Source of the DNA: Octopus sinensis
Taxonomy: Eukaryota
Assembly (NCBI RefSeq): GCF_006345805.1
Contig: NW_021834853.1
Location: forward strand, 1-48,740
Length of the DNA stretch: 48,740 nt
Reading direction: 5' to 3'
Of this stretch, positions 1 through 11,932 are shown in pieces. The notes under the pieces are model-generated. The model was not told the origin of the DNA. It worked only from the letters and a program-made list of their open reading frames with translations, and did not search any database. The position numbers and the translations under genes were made by a program. Position 1 is the first letter of the stretch; every line of letters begins with the position of its first letter.

Positions 1-343
1 AACACCTCCTCCACCATCACTACAGACCCCCTGTAGACCCCTTTGCAAACCCATCTAACTTATCTCCTCCCCTTAAAACTGCCTACCCCCCACCATCACA
101 TTCATTTACATCATTTATCTCGCGCTGGGGAATTTTCGATTTACGTATTTTTGTTTTTTTTTTCATTTATTTATTCTTCACTTTTCCTCAATTTTCTTTC
201 CCCGCCCCTCCAATTTTTCTCCTCGTTCCTTGTTCTTCACTCACTCCTAACTCATTCTTTTACTCCTTCACTTGTTGCTCTCCCGATCGATATTTTTTCA
301 CCTTCTAAAGTAATATGCTGTTATACATTATATTACATTTATA

Positions 344-399
<56 letters not shown>

Positions 400-850
400 T
401 TTTATGTCATATTACATGAAAAAAAAAGAATCGTTTTCATTTTGTATTGTAATTCTATTCATATCCACTAGCTACGATGCTTTAGAAAAATAAAAATCGA
501 TTTTAGAGTACTCGTACTTTATTTTATTTTATTGATTCCAGTTGCCCTCGAATGGAAATTATGAAAGGATATAGTTAACTTCGGTAGATATCGAACTCAG
601 AATATAAAGAAGCGTAACTTAGATACTGCCAGGATCTTTTTATACGACAATTCTGTCATTCTATTTGATCCTGGTGCCCTGCCCTTTGACATTCTGTCAA
701 ATGTGATACATATTTATTCGTATTGTTTTCAATTAATCATACAGTTATCTCGTGCTTCGAGATTTCGATAATGTGATCATCTTAATAATGACATTGTGGT
801 GTGAGTGCCAGAGGCTGGATTCTGGCTAGCTTGGACATAAAACGGGGAGA

Positions 851-1342
851 TTTTTAAGTGCATGTCTACAGATTTTCTAAAGAATTTAGAGCTAGAATTA
901 AAAGGAACGACATCTCTGTAGACGAAACGTCCTAACTTTTAATCTCTGGGACCCCACTTCGGTCACGACACAGACCATGGGATTGCACTTAGAAAGTAAC
1001 CCTCCCAGGCACAAGTCCGGGCAAGGTTGCTTATGGAAGACCACCAGTCGCCCATGCATACCAGCCTCACCCTCTCCACGCCACTGATGATATCCGAGAG
1101 AAAGGCAAAGGGGCCGATACAGCTTGGAACCTGTGACTTCGCAACTCATTTCTACAGCTGAGTGAACTGGAACAACGTGAAATAAAGTGTCTTGCTCAAG
1201 AACACAACACGAAGCCCGGTCCGGGATTCGAGCTCACAACCTCACGATCGTAAGCTCGACGCTCTAACCCCTGAGCCACGCGCCTTAACTTTTAATACTG
1301 CTCTAAATTCTATAGAAAATCTGTAGAGATGCACCTAAAAAC
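851..1342. repeat. Fold-back element (54-bp arms) with a hammerhead-like loop, split by a SINE insertion
   Basis: Left arm 851-904 versus reverse complement of the right arm (1289-1341): about 49/54 identical. The loop 905-935 reads gaacgac-atctctgtagac-GAAAC-GTC-ctaa. Confidence 0.8.
944..1285 (-). mobile_element. tRNA-derived SINE (family D here), full length
   Basis: Minus-strand head ggcgcgtggctcaggggttagagc...gagctcgaatcccggaccggg carries A/B boxes, followed by ttgagcaagacacttt. Flanked by an 11-bp TSD taacttttaat (933-943, 1286-1296). Confidence 0.9.
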
Positions 1343-1444
1343 TGAAACTACGAATTACCAAAACAGAGTAAGATAGAGTATTGAGTTATGAACCTTTAAT
1401 ATACCTGATAGTATATTATGACTACAGAACATAGCTTACTAGAG

Positions 1445-1583
1445 CAGGCATGGACAGACTTCTGGAAGCGGTTCGCATGAGACATGATTCATCATAAGGC
1501 GGGCCGCATTACTAAAAAATTCAAGGAAATTGAATGGCGTGCCATTCCGAAAGTCCCACGGGGACCCACTTCGTCCATGACTT
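1445..1583. mobile_element. hAT/Charlie-like MITE remnant
   Basis: Starts CAGGCATGGAC, ends GTCCATGACTT and contains GCGGGCCGCAT. The 8-bp flanks tactagag/ttgtagag each differ by one base from ttctagag (Charlie NTCTAGAN preference). Confidence 0.5.
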
Positions 1584-1819
1584 TTGTAGAGTTAGTTAAT
1601 TGCTAGACAGTTTTTGTTGTTGTTTAACACAAGGTTCTAATTCAGCCGAGCTGTCGTCAAAGAAATTACAACTATGCCCATCCCGTCAAATTCACAGTCA
1701 CCATCTATATCATCTAGTGTATAATTTAGCTAACATGTATAGCAAGTTTTTAGATGACCATGTTACAGCACTAAAGCTTCGTAGCTTGTTTCTCTTCTAA
1801 TCCACAAGACATATGATAA

Positions 1820-2520
1820 AAGCGTTCCAGCAAGGACTCTCCTAACCAATTTTCTACCATAGTTATTTACCTTGGACTATATACTTACAAAATCCCGTCT
1901 CATCCTAATACGCAGATATCCCAGGACCACAATATCCAACACGTCATTTTCCGAGAGGACAAATAGGAAGTAATTTGAGGGAGATTTTGGCTGCTATTAC
2001 TTATTTCTTTTTTGCCCACAAGGGGCTAAACATAGAGGGGACAAACAAGGACAGACAAACGGATTAAGTCGATTATATCGAACCCAGTGCATAAGTTTTC
2101 AATTCTATGTTTATAGATCCTGAAAGGATGAAGGGAAAAGTCGACCTCGGAGGAATTTGAACTCAGAACTTAAAGACAGACGAAATACCTATTTCTTTAC
2201 TACCCGCGAGGGGCTAAACACAGAGAGGACAAACAAGGACAGACAAAGGGATTAAGTCGATTATATCGAACCCAGTGCATAACTGGTACTTATTTAATCG
2301 ACCCCGAAAGGATGAAAGGCAAAGTCGATCGACCTCGACGGAATTTGAACTCAGAACTTAACGCCAGACGAAATACTGCTAAGCATTTCGCCCAGCATGC
2401 TAACGTTTCTGCCAGCTCGCCGCCTTTTGGCTGCTATTTCTAACAAGCCAAACAACCACAAATAAGTTTCTTGGCGTGTTAGTGGCGCTGACGTTGGTGA
2501 TGACAAGACGTGCTGATTGA
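1820..2520 (-). mobile_element. Old interspersed repeat (family E), host of the family A dimer
   Basis: After removing 1999-2438 the reverse complement reads ttagaaatagcagccaaaatctccctcaaat. The same motif occurs at about 5010, 5238, 11945 and 32290. Boundaries are approximate. Confidence 0.6.
1999..2426 (-). mobile_element. tRNA-derived SINE family A (MetaSINE-like core), head plus two body units
   Basis: A box tggcagaaacgttagc, B box gagttcaaattcc, core gtcgactttgcctttcatcctttcggggtcgat. The body is repeated across the junction gaaatac|ctatttc (2182-2195). TSD ttggctgctatt at 1987-1998 and 2427-2438. Confidence 0.92.
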
Positions 2521-2974
2521 TAGTAAATAGGTTTGTAATCGTACATTTGATGGTTTTCGTCGGGTGTTTTTGGCGACTGTAACTCGTACCACCTTCATCA
2601 TCACCACCACCACCATCACAACAACAACTGCCATGGTGACGCTGCTGGCTGCTAATAATGGTATTGATGGTCGTGGTGGTTGTAATGGTAATCAGTTTGC
2701 TCGGCACGGCTTGGAAAGTGTTTCTGTGAAGTCTTCGCTGCTCTTCGTTCTTTTTCTTCTTAAAGCTAGGCAGATTAAAAGGCGCTCCTTGTTTCCACAC
2801 ACTGTAACTACCTTTTAATATCAAACTAATGAAATTCCAAAGCTGTTTGTTCGAAAGTCCCTGCAGGCAATAGTTCTCCTTCCTTCCTTTCTATCCTTAT
2901 TTTTCCCTTACACCATCTCTCTCTCTCTGACTATGTCTGTCTCATTCATACAAACCAATACACACAATTCAGAC

Positions 2975-3822
2975 ATACAGATATATATATATATATGTAT
3001 ATATATAGATAGATAGGTAGATAAATATATAGATAGATAGATAAATATATAGATAGATAGATAAATATATAGATAGATAGATAGATAGATAAATATATAG
3101 ATAGATAGATAAATATATAGATAGATAAATATATAGATAGATAGATAAATATATAGATAGATAGTAGATAAATATATAGATAGGTAGATAAATATATATA
3201 GATAGATAGATAATATATAGAGATAGATAGATAAATATAGATAGATATAGATAGATAAATATATAGATAGATAGGTAGATAATATATAGATAGATAGATA
3301 AATATATAGATAGATAGAATAAATATATAGATATAGATAGATAAATATAGATAGATAGATAAATATATAGATAGATAGATAAATATATAGATAGATAGAT
3401 AGATAGATAAATATATAGATAGATAGATAAATATATAGATAGATAAATATATAGATAGATAGATAAATATATAGATAGATAGGTAGATAAATATATAGAT
3501 AGGTAGATAAATATATAGATAGATAGATAAATATATAGATAGATAGATAAATATATAGATAGATAGATAGATAAATATATAGATAGATAGGTAGATAAAT
3601 ATATAGATAGATAGATAAATATATAGATAGATAGATAAATATATAGATAGATAGATAAATATATAGATAGATAAATATATAGATAGATAGATAGATAGAT
3701 AAATATATAGATAGATAAATATATAGATAGATAGGTAGATAAATATATAGATTAGATAGATAGATAGATAAATATATATATATAGATAGATAGATAAAGA
3801 GATGGATGGATAGATAGATAGA
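2975..3822. repeat. (ATAG)n / (ATAGATAAATAT)n compound satellite
   Basis: Directly visible; it explains the 378-aa YLSI-rich ORF. Confidence 0.97.
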
Positions 3823-3884
3823 TGTGTGTGTGTGTGTATGTGTAATCATGCTATCTCTCACTATAATTTCTCTTACTCTCTCAC

Positions 3885-4041
3885 GTATGTGGTTGTGTGG
3901 TAAGAAATTTGCTTTGCTTTCCATCCATATGGTCCCGGGTTCAACCCCACTGCGTGGAACCTTAGTCGAGTGTCTTCTCCTACAGCCCCGGGCCACAGCT
4001 TTGTGAGTGGACTTGGTTGACGGAAACTGAAAGAACACCGT

Positions 4042-4088
<47 letters not shown>

Positions 4089-4280
4089 TGTGTGTGTGTG
4101 TGTGTTTCTCTCCGACTCCACCGCTTGATAAGTGGTATTGGGTTTACGTCTCCGTATCCTAGTGGTATGGCAACGAGATCGTTTGCATAAATACCAGACT
4201 TTCAAAGAAAAGTACTGCGATCGATTCGTTCAAGGCGGTGTGTCAGCATGGCCGCAGTCCAGTGATTGAAACAAGTAACA
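3885..4280 (+). mobile_element. SINE family B (tRNA head, CORE-like segment, internal (TA)n(TG)n, long tail), diverged
   Basis: Head gtggttgtgtggtaag...gggttcaacccc, then ggaaactgaaagaa plus microsatellite, and tail aaggcggtg..cagcatggccgcagtc..gaaacaagtaa. Confidence 0.85.
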
Positions 4281-4291
4281 CACACACACAA

Positions 4292-4328
<37 letters not shown>

Positions 4329-4886
4329 AGAGAGAGAAAGAAATAGATAGATTATTGCTGTCTTCCAATTTCTCTGTACCACTCTTCTCTCCACCTCACT
4401 CACTCCCCGGTTCCACACTTCGCCCAAAGTTCTGAAGGATTTGCATCGCATCGTATTTCTTTTCCGCTCACAACACGGTCACTTTGAACTAATTCGATAA
4501 AGAATCTTGTGCAGCTTTCTATATGTCGAAGTCAGTGTGCATGCATTGCACACATGACATTGTGCACGTATGTGCTTGTTGTCGATGTGTACGAATATCA
4601 TGCTATTTATCTTCTTTCTTTCAACCGCCCGCCTGCCCCTCCAACCATCACCGCCACTACTTATTTTTCTCTCTTTCGCAGTGATATAGTTTATGAGACC
4701 CCTTTCCTCTTCCCATCTCCTGCTCCATCATTTTTTCATTGAATAAGCAGCCCCGGTGCTCGTTTTCGTTCTGTGAATCTGTCTATCCAATTACGTTGTC
4801 ACCTGTTTCTCTATCAAATTTACACCTTTGATATATATATATTTTATTAGCATTAAGCCTTCAGCAACCGCAACAACAACTTTACC

Positions 4887-4919
<33 letters not shown>

Positions 4920-4974
4920 CTTGCCACCACCACAACAACAACAATTGAAATTATTCGGTAGCAATAGCGAATAA

Positions 4975-5390
4975 AGAAGCGTTTGCGTGGTGCTTGACCT
5001 ATTAAAGATAGTAGCTAATCTCCCTCAAAATCATGCCCTATCGTCTTAAAATACGAGAAGATAAAGGTTCGTCGAGATTCCTTGTAAATTAGGATAAAAA
5101 CGGTGTGGCGGTCATATATGGAATGTCTTTGATGGTAGATTCTCACCCACGGTTGACCTAAGTTTGAAGGACAAATATAATCAGATACAGTATAAAACAG
5201 GAGCAGTCAGGAGGCTTGTAGGCGGTCACTTTGTTTACTAGAAATAGCTGCTAAGGCTTCCTCAAATAGCATCGGTATCATATATAAGGATACATTTTTT
5301 GAAAATGTGATAGAACTCGGTGGTCATATCTGGAAAATATACCCTCCTGGGTCAAATAAAGGCTATCCGACAGCTCTGATCATGCTCTCC
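4975..5390 (+). mobile_element. Two degenerate family E fragments
   Basis: agtagctaatctccctcaaaatc (about 5015) and ctagaaatagctgctaagg..cctcaaat (about 5240). Confidence 0.5.
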
Positions 5391-5584
5391 TTGCATGCTG
5401 TCCAGGGACTGAATGCCGTTTAACCTGAAAGTACCCGGAAGTAATACGGGCGTTGAAACGAACAAGAAAAAGGCCAAGTCTTTGTCGAGATTCAACCGTT
5501 ACTTCTACCTATCACACAGATGTGGTTTTTCACGAGAGGACTATCTTGCGCATGCTCAATATGAGCTCAAGTATAATAAACGCT

Positions 5585-5978
5585 GGATCTTTTCGGTTTG
5601 AACGGCGGTTTTTTCTGAAATTGTCACCCATAATTATGACCTAGAATCGATCTATTGCATTTCAATCTCTTTTAGGGTTAGGGGTGGGGGAAGGGTATTT
5701 TTTTTTTCTTCACAAATGTAAATAAACCCAATCTGTTTCTTAAACGAGGGAAATATTCATACGGCACAGAATGCTTTTTAACTCAATAGACGTCATTGAT
5801 TGGTTGAAATTGCAGAAATTGGAGAAAAAAACAACAAGTATCTTACAAACTATAGAATTTTCTCAATAAAGCCAAGAGAAAAAGATGTTTTATAAACACA
5901 TTCTACCAGTATACGAAGTTTAACATTTTTTAGTTACCTAGAAATTGTTAAAAACTGCCGGTCAAACCGAAAAGATCC
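5585..5978. mobile_element. MITE with 29-bp TIRs and 8-bp TSD (Merlin- or hAT-type geometry)
   Basis: TIRs ggatcttttcggtttgaacggcggttttt and (reverse complement) ggatcttttcggtttgaccggcagttttt, 27/29 identical. TSD taaacgct (5577-5584) / taaacgcc (5979-5986). A second copy lies at 24309. Confidence 0.9.
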
Positions 5979-6499
5979 TAAACGCCGACTTAGAGATACT
6001 AAGAATCAGTGAACTAGACAGAGTACAAAATGTGTGTACATACACACACACACACACACGAAAGAAAATGTTTGAGAAGAATATAGTAGATGTATTAGAG
6101 TAATGCTTACAGCATACCTCAGTGCAATAAAATAGAAAGACTAAAAATAAAAACAAATTATTCGACATCAACACTCTAGTTGTCACAGTAATAAACTAAT
6201 TACAGTCTTCTCATCTGGATGTTAAATTAATTAACAAGACTAGACAGAAAAATAGGAAATATAGTAACTCCATTTAGACATAAAAGCTGACATAGAAAGA
6301 ATTATCATCGCTGGAAGGACGCGAGGGCATTATTTAACAAGAAACTAATCATAAAATATCTGTTGTAGGACTACAAAACTGTGTTACTGTATTGTTATTT
6401 ATATTTACATGATATTTGCTTTATTTACAAATAAAGGGCAAAGACCCCTTTTGGTTTTGAATAACCATGGGGTTGCACCTAAAAAGTTCCCCTCTTAGG

Positions 6500-6684
6500 C
6501 ACAGTTATTGGACTGCAGCCATGCTGGAATGCCACATTGAAGGTTTTTAGTCGGACAAATTGATCCCCGAAACTTTTATTATTATTATTTTTTTTTTGTC
6601 TTAAGTCTGGTACATATTTTATCGGTCTTTTTTGCCGAACCGCTAAGTTTGGGGACGTAAACAAACCAGCAATTGTTATCAAAC
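6500..6684 (-). mobile_element. SINE family B tail, interrupted by a family A insertion
   Basis: gactgcagccatgctgga...gccgaaccgctaagtttggggacgtaaacaaaccagc; the element resumes after 6929. Confidence 0.8.
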
Positions 6685-6917
6685 TATTTCTCTACTACCT
6701 ACCCACAAGGGGCTAAACACAGAGAGAACAAACAAGGACAGAGAAACGGATTAAGTCGATTATATCGACCCCAGTGCGTAACTGGTACTTAATTTATCGA
6801 CCCCGAAAGGATGAAAGGCAAAGTCGACCTCGGCGGAATTTGAACTCAGAACGTAGCGGCAGACGAAATACGGCTTCGCATTTCGCCCGGCGTGCTAACG
6901 GTTCTGCCAGCTCGCAC
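6685..6917 (-). mobile_element. SINE family A monomer
   Basis: Complete head, core and tail. 12-bp TSD ttgttatcaaac at 6673-6684 and 6918-6929. Confidence 0.92.
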
Positions 6918-7006
6918 TTGTTATCAAACGATGAAGGACAAACAGAGGCAAAGACACCTCACTACATACACACACATAGCAAAAGTATGTTCACAGCATA
7001 AATACA

Positions 7007-7410
7007 TGCAACGTGGCTGTGTGGTAAGTAGCTTGTTTACCAACCACATGGTTCCAGGTTCAGTCCCACTCGTGGCACCTTGGGCAAAGTGTCTTCTACT
7101 ATAGCCTCGGGCCGACCAAAGCCTTGTGAGTGGATTTGGTAGATGGAAACTGAAAGAAGCCCGTCGTATATATGTATATATATATATGTGTTTGTGTGTC
7201 TGTGTTTGTCCCCCTAGCATTGCTTGACAACTGATGCTGGTGTGTTTATGTCCCCGTTACTTAGCGGTTCGGCAAAATAGACCGATAGAATAAGTACAGG
7301 GCTTACAAAAGAATAAGTCCCGGGGTCGAGTTGCTCGATTAAAGGCGGTGCTCCAGCATGGCCGCAGTCAAAATGACTGAAACAACAAAAAAAAAATAAA
7401 AGTAAAAGAA
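7007..7410 (+). mobile_element. SINE family B, full length
   Basis: gtggctgtgtggtaag..ggttcagtccc..ccttgggcaaagtgtc..(TA/TG)n..aaggcggtgctccagcatggccgcagtcaaaatgactgaaac, with an A-rich end. Confidence 0.92.
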
Positions 7411-9139
7411 AATACAGAAAATAGCTTCATTATGTACAGTACACGTTATGTAGATATTGGTAATAGGTTAGAAACAACAACAACAAAAATTAAAAAAAAA
7501 ACGAAGCACAGAGCGTACCCGGTGCACACAGAGATGTGCTAGGTTGCGCAGTGAAAGTACTTTAATAAAAATCATACCACTGGAAAAAAGAAAAAAAACA
7601 GAAATGATTTATTTTTGATTTTATTAATAACGTAATGGTGTTATAAGTGCTTTCAAGTCATAATTCTCATAGATTTTATTTTCAGTAGGCCTAGTAATCA
7701 TTTTATACTCTAGTTGGAGACACCGTTGTAAATATAACTACATCGTGAAAGCTGATTGTGATATTAAAATACTGTGCAAAGCCAGTCTATTTATTAAAGC
7801 GAATGGCGGTTGTTCGTTATTCCAAGATGGCGTACGTGTTGTATGGGTGTATGTGTTGTAGAATGGAAAGGGGGGGAATAATCTCTTCAACGTTTGATGT
7901 GATAAATGGCTTTGTTTTTGTTGTTGTTGTTGTTGTTGTTGTTGCTTTTTTTTTGCTTCTTTATCGTTATTTTACTATATTTTATTTATTTATTTATTCA
8001 TTTTTTTTTTTCCTCCTTTTTATCGGACACAGTTTTTGATTCAGTGCTTCATTATGTAATCATAGATTTTGTTATTTAGACAGGCATCGTGCCATCTTTG
8101 CTGTAATTCATTTGCTTTTCATCGATTATGTTTAGTAACATGAGAGTGTGGTCGGTGGTTATATCACACACCAACGCGTGTATATGCCTATGTATGCGTA
8201 TATGCCTGTGTGTTATGGCTTGATTTGTTTGGTTTTTTTTTCCACATAGAATTTGGCACCTAGAACTTACTCATAGAACCCACACATATAAAGGACATCG
8301 ATACATCACATACAATATACTATGTTCATACCGACAAATATCTTGTTTGTCTCTAGCCGTTCATTCATTTACTATTTATATCTCTTCCCATGTGTTGTAA
8401 AGATTCCATTACACAGGTGTTAATACACTTTTAAAACAGAACAGCAATCAGATGTTCAAATGATTTTGTTTTTTAGCCGCAGGTGAAGTAGTTTTAATTT
8501 CATTAGAGGACCAATATCGTTTTTCTGCTGTTTCCTCATCCATCCATCCATCCATCCATCCATCCATACATAATTGTAACTTGTAAAGTCTCGTGATGCT
8601 ACAAAACTTATGACTTCATGATCCCAAGTTCGAACCAGAGAATGTTCTACAAATTCTCTACCCATTGTTACCATTTCCATAAAACCCAGTAACGTCCAAA
8701 ATAGTATATCCTCACTCAAAATAGTATATCCTCATCTCTCTGTCTGTCTATCTCATTTCAGCTCCATTGCTATTTTCCCATGGGTCTAAAGTTAACGGAT
8801 TCAGCCATGGGTTTCAAAACTCTTCCTTTCCCCCGCCCTCTCTTGCTCTCATATTTTCCTAATTTAAAAAAATATATGTAAATTACACCATGTTATATAA
8901 AACTTCATTTCCTGTTCCCTGGAACCATTATCAACAAAGATGATGCTTCAACCACTCTTAACCGACCTGATATATTTTCCAGAAGTGGGGAGAAAAAAAC
9001 GAACCCAAAACACTTCATTTTTTTTTTTCTTTCTGTCTAGTCAAAAAGATCATGAACTAATTCGACCCAGTTGGGGAAATGATGATGGCAATGTTAATAA
9101 TAGTAGTAATAATATTAATAGTAATAATGATAATAATCC

Positions 9140-9350
9140 TGCTATAGGCACAAGGCCTGAATTTTTTTTTGGGGGGGGGACTAGTCGATTACATCGACTC
9201 CAGTTCTCAACTAGCTATTATTTTATCGACCCCGAAAGGATGAAAGGCAATGTCGACTTCGGTGAAATTTGAACTCAGAACGTAAAGACGGACGACATGC
9301 CATTAAGCATTTGCCCGGCGTGCTAACGATTCTGCCAGCTCACCGCTTTT
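9140..9350 (-). mobile_element. SINE family A (alternative tail)
   Basis: Core cgaaaggatgaaaggcaatgtcgac, B box ttgaactcag, head ctgccagctcaccgctt. Confidence 0.88.
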
Positions 9351-9374
9351 AATAATAATAATAATAATATAATA

Positions 9375-9591
9375 ATCCTTTCTACTAAAGGCAAAGGGCT
9401 TGGAATTTTGTGGGAGGTAACAAGTCGATTACATCGACCCCAGTGTTTTACTGGTACATATTTTATCGACCCCCGAAAGGATGAAAGGCAAAGTTGACCT
9501 CGGCGGAATTTGAACTCAGAACGTCAAGACGGACGAAATGCCGCAAAGCATTTTATCCGGCGTGTTGACGATTCTGTCAGCTCGCCTCCTT
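9375..9591 (-). mobile_element. SINE family A (alternative tail), second adjacent copy
   Basis: Same motifs as the preceding copy; separated from it by (AAT)n. Confidence 0.88.
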
Positions 9592-9608
9592 AAATAACAA
9601 TGATGATG

Positions 9609-9645
<37 letters not shown>

Positions 9646-9708
9646 TAATGTATTAACAATGATGATAATAATAATAATAATAATAATGATAATGTATTAA
9701 CAATGATG

Positions 9709-9742
<34 letters not shown>

Positions 9743-10518
9743 TAATGTATTTCTGATTCCGGGTTTCATTTGTTTGGAAGTTGATTGATGGAAACTGTGA
9801 AGCGCATCGAGTGTGTGTGGACATAAAAACTGAAGTAAAAAAAAAACCCAAAACGCTGTGTCGTAACGTGAAACTTGGTCAATCAATAAGTGGCTTAGAT
9901 AAAATTCGTACTTAACGGAAATACGTACTGTAGAGGTCGACTAAACACGTAAGGTGATGTCCCAAAACATGAATGGAAACAGTGAATACTACCACTAACA
10001 GAGGTGGGATGTTATGGGTTTGTGACTAGCCACGGCCAAAATTGCACTTAAGAAAGGAAGCATGACATAATTTATGAGTTGGAGAGGGAATTAGATGATT
10101 TGGAATGGTTATGGCAGATGTTTGTAAGAAGAAGGTCAAAGCTCAGAGCATGGAGTAGTTTTGCAGTGAGTTGTAAAACATAGTTGCAGTAGGTATACCT
10201 GCACCCTGCTTGTTCTGGTGGTTGCATGAATGCTACAGCAGACCGAAATTACCCTGGTATTCCTGGCTATCGTTAATCCTGCATTGCATTGCCGGACGAA
10301 GTGGTTCTGTCTTCTGGTGCCAAAACCGCTGTGTACTCCAGCTGGAAGCTGATGATGAGGGTTGTAAAATATGTAATGGTTTACTAAATGTAAAATAATA
10401 ATATATAATTGTTTGCTAAATGTATTTAATGAATTCTTTTTTGGATGTTGTATTACAATGCTGCATGATATATGTATTGCTTTGCTAATCTGTTTTTCTT
10501 TCTTTTTCCCACTTGCAG

Positions 10519-10592
10519 TAGAGTTATTGAACACTAGGAGGACAGCAACACTAAAATGGACGAAATATCCAGATTCGGATAAAGGCGATGGG
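10519..10592 (+). CDS. Eph: Internal coding exon of an Eph receptor tyrosine kinase (exon-2 equivalent, start of the ligand-binding domain): (x)ELLNTRRTATLKWTKYPDSDKGDG
   Basis: Branch-like CTAAT at 10485-10489, pyrimidine tract 10490-10514, cag| acceptor, |gtgagc donor at 10593. The exon is 74 nt, phase 1 in and phase 0 out. The peptide matches the recalled Drosophila Eph VLLDTTREATLEWTRYP at about 12/18 positions. Vertebrate Eph exon 2 has the same size class and phases and ends at G|W. Confidence 0.85.
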
Positions 10593-10939
10593 GTGAGCAA
10601 AGTTTCCTTTTTCAATTTTGTTTACACGTACACACACACATATAGACGCATATACAGGTATGTGCAACGGTTTATAAGACGATCAAAAGAAATTATCAAG
10701 AAAAATAAAAGACCTTAACAGGTACATACGAGACGCCTCCATTAGCGTGGAGTATAGTATTGTCCATAGACATACCTGTTGTTTCTACTTATCCATTTAA
10801 GCTCAACCATCGTCTTATTAGTCGGCATGCATTTTGTGCACGTGTCTGTGCGTGTATGTATACATACACACACATACACGTTTACGTATATATGCATCCT
10901 TATGCTTATATAGCCTGATATTTTTATATAGACGCATAC

Positions 10940-11237
10940 CTATATATGTATCTTTATATATATATAATATATATACTATATATATATATATATACATATA
11001 TATACATATATATGTATATATACATATATATACATACATATATAATAACATATATATATATAATACATATATATGTATATATATACATATATATACATAC
11101 ATATATATATTATACATATATATATATACATATATGTATATATAACATATATATATAACATATATAATATATATATTATAATATATATATACTATATATA
11201 TATATATATATATACTACATATATATATACTATTATA

Positions 11238-11273
<36 letters not shown>

Positions 11274-11561
11274 AATATATATTATATACATACACAATAT
11301 ATATATATATATACATACATATATATATACATACATATATATATATATACATACATATATATATATCTACATACATATATATATATATACATACATATAT
11401 AATATATATATACATACATAATATATATATACATAACAATATAATATAATATACATATATATATATATACATACTATATATATATACATACATACATATA
11501 TATATATACATACAATATATATATATATACATACATACATATATATATATATATACTACAT

Positions 11562-11608
<47 letters not shown>

Positions 11609-11619
11609 CATATACATAC

Positions 11620-11665
<46 letters not shown>
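10940..11665. repeat. (TA)n/(TACA)n microsatellite block
   Basis: Directly visible; source of the YI-rich ORFs. Confidence 0.97.
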
Positions 11666-11666
<1 letters not shown>

Positions 11667-11932
11667 TTACATAGGTGTGTAAATGTTCGTTGCCGTTCAA
11701 TACCAAAATTATTTAGGGATCGAAATGTGCTTAATTTAAAAATAGTGTTTTCTTTATTCTTCATTGCATAAACACGCATTCATTTTTCATATTTCCTTCT
11801 TTCCTTTCCGAAACTTCCGTTCAGCATCGATTCGTCATCCATTCATTGATTGTATATCTCATACATGGCCTGAAATGTCAAGTGTGCACTACTACACATA
11901 AACACTTTATCGAGGGAGCGTGCACACGCGGC

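Noticed and set aside
1083-1110. CTGATGA..GAAA within the SINE D antisense strand
   Set aside because: No stem II pairing and no NUH after stem III; ordinary SINE body sequence.
1200-1285. tRNA genes at SINE heads (also near 33000 and 21035)
   Set aside because: They lack a complete cloverleaf and run directly into SINE bodies.
2630-2700. GCCATGG..G|gtaatc as Eph exon 1 (phase 1)
   Set aside because: The peptide MVTLLAANNGIDGRGGCN lacks a proper signal-peptide hydrophobic core and lies in triplet-repeat sequence.
7800-7860. caagATGGCG (Kozak/YY1-like) as the Eph start
   Set aside because: No convincing signal peptide, only a weak phase-1 donor, and the frame runs into simple repeats.
8456-8719. 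Protein-like minus-strand ORF (LLGFMEMVTMGREFVEHSLVRTWD..)
   Set aside because: Only a vague resemblance to known proteins, with weak splice sites and no recognisable domain.
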